The position numbers were made by a program, and so were the translations under genes. From NCBI GenBank assembly GCA_028279685.1, contig JANQNG010000002.1:11922-75921 (forward strand): DNA of 64,000 bases, given 5' to 3'. Source of the stretch: Candidatus Nanoarchaeia archaeon. GTDB lineage: Archaea; Nanobdellota; Nanobdellia; Woesearchaeales; SKIA01. Position 1 is the first letter of the stretch. Each line of letters begins with the position of its first letter. Below, one piece after another: positions 58,212 through 64,000 of the stretch. The notes below the pieces were generated by a model, which worked only from the letters and a program-made list of their open reading frames with translations, was not told where the DNA came from and did no database searches.

Positions 58212-58852
58212 TCTTCATACCAATGACTCGCCTCTCCATCAAGCAATACTTTTACTTCTTTATGTTTGACATCATACGTGTGATAAGCAGGATCAATAAA
58301 AAGATCTCCTGGTTCAAGATCAACCCAAGCACATGCGTGTTTTACATTTCTTCCAAAACAATCTACTTTTACACTAGTGTAATGACTTGTTAATCCTACT
58401 GTTCTTGCCATAACAACATACAAGTAAGCCATCTCTCCACAAACACCTTCACGATCACGCATTACCTCTTCTGCATTCTTATATCCATTGGTTCTCATTG
58501 ATTTTCCATAATCTATATTATTCTGCATCCAATCAAAAATACTTCTTGCTTTCTCTTGTAATGTAGAAAGTTGTATTACTTCTTTCTTTAGAAAGTTAGC
58601 AGCATTCACAGGCATGCCAAAAGGACTCTGTATGGTATCATCAACAATAAGCACTCTGTAATTACTGTTGATCTTGCTTAAGTCAAGAGTAGTATCTATC
58701 TGTTTCCTTTTCTTGAGCTTAAACCGAATATGAGATGTATCATCACAATAAGGATTAACCTGCGTTCTTCTTTTTTTCAGCGATTCTCTGATAGTACTAT
58801 CATTGTGCATTCTTCCATGAAGCTTTCGCTTAATAAGTACATTAAGAGTCAT
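58193..58852 (-). CDS. transglutaminase-like cysteine peptidase-fold protein
   Basis: GVCGEMAYLYVVMARTVGL (catalytic Cys context of the transglutaminase-like core), with downstream His/Asp candidates (HACAWVDLEPGDLFIDP). Confidence 0.6.
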   Translation of the reverse strand: MTLNVLIKRKLHGRMHNDSTIRESLKKRRTQVNPYCDDTSHIRFKLKKRKQIDTTLDLSKINSNYRVLIVDDTIQSPFGMPVNAANFLKKEVIQLSTLQEKARSIFDWMQNNIDYGKSMRTNGYKNAEEVMRDREGVCGEMAYLYVVMARTVGLTSHYTSVKVDCFGRNVKHACAWVDLEPGDLFIDPAYHTYDVKHKEVKVLLDGEASHWYEEWRGSV

Positions 58853-58861
58853 ATATTCTCC

Positions 58862-59923
58862 TCATGAAAGATATCTCATCGAATCTGTGAGATTTGCTCT
58901 CTGGACATCTCCTAAGAGCTGTGCCATCACAGCATTCTGTCTATCAGCAGCATCTAACCCTGGATGTGACTGTATAGTATCTCTTATATTTTCCAATGCG
59001 GAACTATAGCTCGCATTAAGATCGTCCTGATATTGTTGGAGCATACCAATACCTGTTGAAACTATACTCATCATATCTGAAAGTTCTACAACAGGCTCTA
59101 CTGATCCTGCAAGATCATCAAGATGTTCTTGATAAAATGAAGTGAGTGTTGACATTCTCTGTGCACCTTCAATAACAGCAGCAAATAATCGTTCAGAGAG
59201 CCATATATTCCAAATACGCTGCCTAATATGAGTAACGCTCATCGCTGAATTAAAAAACTCTCCTGTCGTATCACTTTTCTCTCTCACTACTTTCATATAT
59301 TGTTGAAGCGCATCACTATGTTTTTCGGGATCAGCATCCGGATCCAACCCTTGTAACGTTTCCTGAAGCGATTTCTCATTATACACTTGTTTAGGAACTT
59401 CCTCTTCAAGAAATTTTTTTCTCAAAGTCTCATCTCTGTTTTCAGGAATAAGCGTATCTAATGTTCCTTTTACCTCATCAAGCTTGCTTGAATATGACTC
59501 AACCATCGAATCAAGAATTGAATTTAATTGTCGCACTCTTTCCTGCTGTTCAGGGAAAATTTGATGTAAATCACGGCGATTTATGGGTTGTCTTACTATT
59601 TTATCAGCAAAATAATATTTAACATCAAGCATAGTTTTTTTCAATGGTCTTGCTTCTCTGTATTCAACATATCTTTCAAGTTCTTGCTGTCCTTTATCTA
59701 TCCCTTTAATAATATAATTAACATCTTCCATTCGAGGATTAACATTAACTGCTGTTGAACCCCCTAAGTAAGGGAGCACATCAGTTCTTGTTCGACCTAT
59801 TCTCATAGGATCTCCTGTCTGATTTCTTGGACTTGTTTGCGTTCTTGTTGTAAGAGAATTATCTTTTGTATTAACAACTACTTTTCTTCTTAATTTAAGA
59901 CTATCTTTTATTGAATCGACCAT
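58862..59923 (-). CDS. hypothetical alpha-helical acidic protein (possible Alpha-E-like partner of ATP-grasp/TGase systems)
   Basis: 353 aa from the first ATG (the ORF track starts at GTG 59932). It leads the three-gene group and is preceded by a TATA-like ATATAAAA and an AAAGGTGG ribosome-binding site. Confidence 0.45.
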   Translation of the reverse strand: MVDSIKDSLKLRRKVVVNTKDNSLTTRTQTSPRNQTGDPMRIGRTRTDVLPYLGGSTAVNVNPRMEDVNYIIKGIDKGQQELERYVEYREARPLKKTMLDVKYYFADKIVRQPINRRDLHQIFPEQQERVRQLNSILDSMVESYSSKLDEVKGTLDTLIPENRDETLRKKFLEEEVPKQVYNEKSLQETLQGLDPDADPEKHSDALQQYMKVVREKSDTTGEFFNSAMSVTHIRQRIWNIWLSERLFAAVIEGAQRMSTLTSFYQEHLDDLAGSVEPVVELSDMMSIVSTGIGMLQQYQDDLNASYSSALENIRDTIQSHPGLDAADRQNAVMAQLLGDVQRANLTDSMRYLS

Positions 59924-59989
59924 AGCAACCACCTTTTATTTAAATTAAACATAATATCAACGATCAAAACTATTTTATATGTCTTCGCT

Positions 59990-60024
59990 AAAAAAAACCG
60001 AAACAATTCCGACAGTGATCGGAA
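59990..60024 (-). terminator. hairpin TTCCGA-CAGTGA-TCGGAA adjacent to an A8/T8 run
   Basis: Seen directly. On the minus strand the order is hairpin, then T8, then the BRE/TATA of the next gene. Confidence 0.45.
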
Positions 60025-60041
60025 AAACTTCAATATACTCT

Positions 60042-60323
60042 TTAATCAATTATCTTATCACCAATTGAATAAGCTGGCATCTGTTCTACAACAGTATATG
60101 CAGATTGCTGCATCGTCATGCCGTTTGCTTCTTCACAACCGTTCATAAGACTCCCTACAATTATTCCTCCAAGAACCAATCCTTCAATATACAATGCCAT
60201 ATCAAGTTTTGTGCGCTCTCCTTTATCGTATTTTTCTTCATAGATGTAATTTCCTCTGACATCACCGCCAGTTTTAGCACGCTTTGCCAAACGATACAAT
60301 GCATTAAACGCTAATACTATCAT
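60042..60323 (-). CDS. hypothetical small protein with a Gly-rich hydrophobic segment
   Basis: 93 aa; LVLGGIIVGSLMNG is a possible TM or glycine zipper. Confidence 0.4.
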   Translation of the reverse strand: MIVLAFNALYRLAKRAKTGGDVRGNYIYEEKYDKGERTKLDMALYIEGLVLGGIIVGSLMNGCEEANGMTMQQSAYTVVEQMPAYSIGDKIID

Positions 60324-60652
60324 TGTTTTCCCTCATATTCACTATTTTTGTCCTTTCTCTTTTGAAGACTATACGGCAATGATGTTTGAGCAGGCATAAC
60401 CCCTTCCATATCATTTTGAACCAAAGGCTGCTTCTTCAAAGTATAGGGTGCAATTTTAAGTTCTTTTTCTAGTCTCTCGCGCTCATCAAGAGGCAGATCA
60501 TTCTTCAGTAGTTTATATGCACCATGACCAAACATTCCTGCCAATGATGATAAAAAAAAGCTACTAACAATCGAGTCTGATTTCACTGTCTTCTTTGTAC
60601 ACTGATAAAATCCTCCTAAACAACCATACCCGATAAGCTTTCCAAGACCCAT
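60320..60652 (-). CDS. hypothetical small protein
   Basis: Likely start MGLGKLIGYGCLGG, preceded by GGGGAAAAT. The ORF track extends it to 60784. Confidence 0.4.
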   Translation of the reverse strand: MGLGKLIGYGCLGGFYQCTKKTVKSDSIVSSFFLSSLAGMFGHGAYKLLKNDLPLDERERLEKELKIAPYTLKKQPLVQNDMEGVMPAQTSLPYSLQKRKDKNSEYEGKQ

Positions 60653-60662
60653 ATTTTCCCCT

Positions 60663-60854
60663 TTATTCGAGAAGCTCTTCAAGTGATTTCTCATATGTTG
60701 TATCTGGCATTGCAGTCGTATCTGCAATAGTAATTTCAGCTGTTGATTCAGCAACCCCTTTCTGATAGCCAATATTATATACAACAGGAGAAACTATAAG
60801 AGAGGCTAAAGCTCCATAAAATACAAAACGCTTAGCATAAGTAAATACACTCAT
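60663..60854 (-). CDS. small membrane protein, hypothetical
   Basis: 63 aa with one TM helix (FVFYGALASLIVSPVVY). Confidence 0.35.
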   Translation of the reverse strand: MSVFTYAKRFVFYGALASLIVSPVVYNIGYQKGVAESTAEITIADTTAMPDTTYEKSLEELLE

Positions 60855-61339
60855 TCTCCTTTCACCTTTTTAACAATGTAATCTTTTGCCTCTTGCATTT
60901 TCTCCCAGACTAACTCTCCTTTCTCTTTAGCAACTTTTCCTGCCTCTTCAAACGCATCATCGATACTCCCCATAGCGTCATCAATCACTTGTTTCTTCAT
61001 ATAGGCTTTCGCTTTTGATCCAAAATGATCTATCAACTCAGGCTGTTCTTCTACTTTTTCTTTTACATATTCAAACATTATCTTCCTCGTCTTCATGTTT
61101 ATATCATCGTATTCGAGCGAAGTAATTCCAAGATATGCTATTCTATTTGCATAAGTAGGATGCTCTGCAAGAACCTCTTGCTTTGCTTCAAGTTTCGATA
61201 CTAAGGCATCAAGTGCTTCATCTTCCGAGCGGCCAAGGCAAGAATACAATCCTACAGCACATAATAATGCGATTCCTGTATAGACAACAAATTTTCCAGC
61301 CCTTTCTTTTTTTGGTTTTCGAGTGTGTGTTGTTTTCAT
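60851..61339 (-). CDS. membrane-anchored hypothetical protein
   Basis: N-terminal basic stretch plus TM helix with Cys (IALLCAVGLYSC), then an acidic helical domain. Confidence 0.45.
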   Translation of the reverse strand: MKTTHTRKPKKERAGKFVVYTGIALLCAVGLYSCLGRSEDEALDALVSKLEAKQEVLAEHPTYANRIAYLGITSLEYDDINMKTRKIMFEYVKEKVEEQPELIDHFGSKAKAYMKKQVIDDAMGSIDDAFEEAGKVAKEKGELVWEKMQEAKDYIVKKVKGE

Positions 61340-61377
61340 AACAACAGATTAAATAGTATTCTTTTAATGTCTTGCCC

Positions 61378-61400
61378 AAAAAAAATCGGAAGAATTCCGA
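61378..61400 (-). terminator. A8/T8 run plus hairpin TCGGAA-GA-ATTCCGA, ~20 nt downstream of the 61419..61760 stop
   Basis: Seen directly. Confidence 0.45.
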
Positions 61401-61418
61401 AACACTCCAGAAAATATG

Positions 61419-61760
61419 CTAAAGATAATATTTTTTTAGATGCGTGTTAAAATCAACAACCATATTTTTAAAATATTCACTGTTTTCATCAAATCCTAAC
61501 AACGCAAGATTAGCGGCACCTTTCTGTTGGATGGTACAGTCATTATACTTATTAGTGAAATTAATAGTATTTCCATTCGACGATCGAATAAAATATATTG
61601 TTCCTTTATTCATAATCTCGAAAATCTCATACAAACATCCAGAAAAACTTGTACTTGATTTACTTCTAGCATCATATTTTCGAAAAAGTTTTCTCACCTC
61701 TCTTTCAAGCTCTGAAGAGTTGTTCGGCATCAATGACTGTAACATAATATTGACTCCCAT
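61419..61760 (-). CDS. hypothetical protein
   Basis: 113 aa ORF bounded by A8/T8 elements on both sides. Confidence 0.45.
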   Translation of the reverse strand: MGVNIMLQSLMPNNSSELEREVRKLFRKYDARSKSSTSFSGCLYEIFEIMNKGTIYFIRSSNGNTINFTNKYNDCTIQQKGAANLALLGFDENSEYFKNMVVDFNTHLKKYYL

Positions 61761-61846
61761 ATGCGCATATATATCTGGTTGTTTTTATGACTTACCTAAA
61801 AAAAACCGTAAAACTTCCGAAAAAACTAGAATAATCTTGTCAGTTT

Positions 61847-62329
61847 TCACAATGATTCTTTTGCTGTTTCCATCAAATTAAACAACATAATATCAGTCAT
61901 GAACGCTTCTTTCTTGATATCGTCAACAATATAATAGATTTGCGTTGATTCTATCTTAAATGCATCCTCTAATGATTCTTTGAACGCCTCCATATCTTTG
62001 ATCTGCTTGAAAACACCCTCAACAAGAAAATCATAGCCGTTATTAATCTGATACATGCTATTCACCGAAGGATGCTTGAAGAGATGCTTCTGCAGGTTCT
62101 TTCTATCTTCTCTATTGACTTTAATGAAGAGCTGTGCTTTTGCATGAAACCCAAGCTTAGAGAAATCAACAAGGCTGGTGTGCTTTGTGATAATATTTTC
62201 TTCATGTTGTTTCATTCTATCAAAGATAGTTGAGACAGGTATCCCTGTCTTTTTACTCATCTTAGTCAGTGCAATTCGTGCATTTGATCTCAATTGTGCC
62301 AGTATTTTCAGATCGTTTTGATTCACCAA
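61847..62329 (-). CDS. lrp: Lrp/AsnC-family transcriptional regulator (paralog of 34887..35363)
   Basis: HTH_AsnC plus RAM domain; 160 aa. Confidence 0.85.
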   Translation of the reverse strand: MVNQNDLKILAQLRSNARIALTKMSKKTGIPVSTIFDRMKQHEENIITKHTSLVDFSKLGFHAKAQLFIKVNREDRKNLQKHLFKHPSVNSMYQINNGYDFLVEGVFKQIKDMEAFKESLEDAFKIESTQIYYIVDDIKKEAFMTDIMLFNLMETAKESL

Positions 62330-62395
62330 CGAACACCTCTACATATCCTATATCTTTTATCATTCAAGAACTTTTGCCCTTGAAAACTGAAAATA

Positions 62396-62413
62396 TTCCG
62401 GTGTAGACCGGAA
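62396..62413. promoter_or_regulatory. palindrome TTCCGG-TGTAGA-CCGGAA (extended AATATTCCGG...CCGGAAATAT) in the divergent region between two Lrp-family genes
   Basis: Seen directly; it lies about 70 nt upstream of the 61847..62329 start. Confidence 0.4.
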
Positions 62414-62614
62414 ATATGAATTCATAGCAATAATCATGTTTGTATAGCTATCTCTAGTTCGTTGTTTCTAGAAAAATACTGCCCAAAAAACTCGCGTAAT
62501 TGTCCCCGAAAACTTTGTATTATACATTCTTCAGGGAAACTCATATTTTAAGATTCTTATCAAAATTTTGTGAAAAATAACAAAATTTATATAATAAATG
62601 TCATTATTTATTAT

Positions 62615-63595
62615 ATGAGAAGGGATAAACTAAAAATCGATCTTCTTGATCGTAAGATCCTTTACTATCTTGACATCAATGCGCGGCAGCCAACCACCAC
62701 ATTAGCAAAAAAAGTCCGTGCTAGCCCCGCAACTGTTGAATACAGGATCAAACGTATGGAACGAGGAGGGTTAATAAAGAATTATATGACCTTTCTTGAT
62801 GCGGGAAAGATAGGATACATGGTTTGGAATGTCTATCTTGAACTGCATAATGTTACAGAAAAAGAGGAATCTGAGCTGTTCACATATCTTTGTAATTTAG
62901 AGAATAGTTGGTGGGTTGCTCGTTGTGCAGGAAAATGGGACGCAGTCTATAGTATAGGAGTCAAAAACATCAAAGAGTTTTACCGTACAGTAACTGATGT
63001 CTGGAATAGATTCAGCAAGTATATCATCAGACAAAGTATTGAAGCGCATGTTGAACTTGCAGTAATATCAAGAGGCTATTTTCTAAACAAGCCAGGCATT
63101 AGTGTTCCTTGGTATACAACATTTCAGCAAGAGATACTAACAGAAATAGAAAGAAAAATACTTAAAACTATCTCGGAAAACGCAAGAATGCCAACCACAG
63201 AAATCGCAAGAAAAACTACGTTGACTCCTAAAATCGTCTCTTATCATCTCAAAGATCTTGAACGAAGAGGAATTATTAGTAGATACAGACTTCAACTTGA
63301 TGTTTCGAAAATTGGATTCAAATTCTTCAAAGCAATTGTCTATCTAAAGGTTTTTACCTATGAAATGAATATGCAACTCAAAGAATACTGTATTCAAGAA
63401 GGTAATATCTTTCATTATGAGCAAAAAATAGGACACTGGATGCTTGAACTCGAACTTGATGCAAGAGATTTCGAGCGTGCAGATAGCCAGATGAAGAAAC
63501 TGAAAGAGCGTTTCCCTGACTTTATTAGAAATTATGAATTGCTACTCATCACAGAAGAACTCAAAGGAGACCTTGACTTTAGTAAGGTATTGTAG
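62615..63595 (+). CDS. internally duplicated (tandem) Lrp/AsnC-like regulator
   Basis: Two HTH_AsnC-like units (LDRKILYYLDINARQPTTTLAKKV...IKRMERGGLI and IERKILKTISENARMPTTEIARKT...LKDLERRGII), each followed by a RAM-like segment. Start taken at MRRDKL. Confidence 0.7.
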   Translation: MRRDKLKIDLLDRKILYYLDINARQPTTTLAKKVRASPATVEYRIKRMERGGLIKNYMTFLDAGKIGYMVWNVYLELHNVTEKEESELFTYLCNLENSWWVARCAGKWDAVYSIGVKNIKEFYRTVTDVWNRFSKYIIRQSIEAHVELAVISRGYFLNKPGISVPWYTTFQQEILTEIERKILKTISENARMPTTEIARKTTLTPKIVSYHLKDLERRGIISRYRLQLDVSKIGFKFFKAIVYLKVFTYEMNMQLKEYCIQEGNIFHYEQKIGHWMLELELDARDFERADSQMKKLKERFPDFIRNYELLLITEELKGDLDFSKVL

Positions 63596-63656
63596 ATTAC
63601 TGAGGCAGTATTGTACAAGGAAATCAAGAAGTTATCGTGATGAGCATAAGCTATTC

Positions 63657-64000
63657 TTAATCAATGTGAATAAAAATATCCTCATAATCTGTTGTCGTTG
63701 TATTAGTGGCTGTACAATTCACAACATAATTACCTCCGCTATCATACTCGTGTTTCATATAAATGAAAGAACTGTCGTCTATAGTGAGATTCTCTAGGCT
63801 CTCAATAGTGTTATTATCTCCCATGTCACAAGACCAGGAAATATTTCCGATAGTGTAATTTACATTGTTATTGATGCTAAAGGCAAATATCAAAGGCAAT
63901 TTGGAAAGCCTATGCATTATATCAAGGCCAAAAATAGGAATGGTCTGTGTCATTGATTCTTGAGCAGAGTAAACATCATCTTCCACTGTAGCACCTACGG
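63657..64000 (-). CDS. C-terminal part of a beta-rich (PKD/Ig-like) surface protein; N-terminus beyond the window edge
   Basis: NISWSCDMGDNNTI and YVVNCTATNTTT resemble PKD-domain strands. The ORF is open to the window end. Confidence 0.35.
   Translation of the reverse strand, partial: VGATVEDDVYSAQESMTQTIPIFGLDIMHRLSKLPLIFAFSINNNVNYTIGNISWSCDMGDNNTIESLENLTIDDSSFIYMKHEYDSGGNYVVNCTATNTTTTDYEDIFIHID

Noticed and set aside
60042-61339. Toxin-antitoxin or small secreted-peptide cassette among the four small minus-strand ORFs
   Set aside because: No recognisable toxin, antitoxin or HTH motifs were found. The proteins look like small membrane, Gly-zipper or lipoprotein-type products and are left as hypothetical.
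1-64000. CRISPR arrays, rRNA genes, IS elements or transposases
   Set aside because: No regularly spaced direct repeats, no rRNA-like GC-rich long segments, and no DDE or serine/tyrosine recombinase motifs were seen in any frame.

Overview
This is a low-GC (~33%), tightly packed 64 kb window that looks archaeal. Archaeal marker genes are present: RadA, RNA polymerase subunit P (RpoP), ribosomal L37ae, the KEOPS subunit Pcc1, prefoldin beta, a UPF0147 protein, SecD/SecF, an Nre-like repair protein, a TRAM-domain protein, TrmB, and several Lrp/AsnC regulators. There is also an apparent tRNA-Leu carrying a non-canonical intron in the T-loop. Mixed in are bacterial-type genes (GAD-containing AspRS, trypsin-like protease, LysM, CE4 deacetylase, PLD nuclease), a pattern typical of DPANN-like small-genome archaea. 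Most ordinary genes are housekeeping or transport, including a P-type ATPase, a VIT1 transporter, an EamA transporter, an ABC substrate-binding protein, ArgRS and AspRS. Three parts stand out. The first is a co-directional minus-strand operon at 51.3-57.2 kb that resembles a eukaryote/Bil/CBASS-like ubiquitin-type conjugation system. It encodes a tandem-domain E1 (ThiF), a large protein ending in a UBC-like E2 motif (HPxxxxxGxIC), two paralogous JAMM/JAB metalloproteases with a perfect HxHx7Sx2D motif, and a small acidic protein with an internal di-Gly. Immediately upstream sits an ATP-grasp amidoligase, a transglutaminase-like Cys-peptidase and an alpha-helical protein, which together look like a predicted peptide-tagging module. 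The second is a cluster of four Hanks-type Ser/Thr kinase genes at 36.4-46.7 kb plus a HAD hydrolase. One kinase is a transmembrane receptor-like protein with an extracellular beta-rich domain, and three carry a previously unrecognised ~35-aa Y-x-x-R-F-x-G tandem repeat. The third is a family of TTCCG/CGGAA palindromic elements, often followed by an A8/T8 run. They recur in the intergenic regions of the 57-62.5 kb locus and next to the five Lrp/AsnC paralogs, one of which is an internally duplicated tandem Lrp. Two GC-rich structured intergenic islands (21.84-21.93 kb and 27.84-28.07 kb) may be ncRNAs. No CRISPR array, rRNA or obvious transposase was seen.
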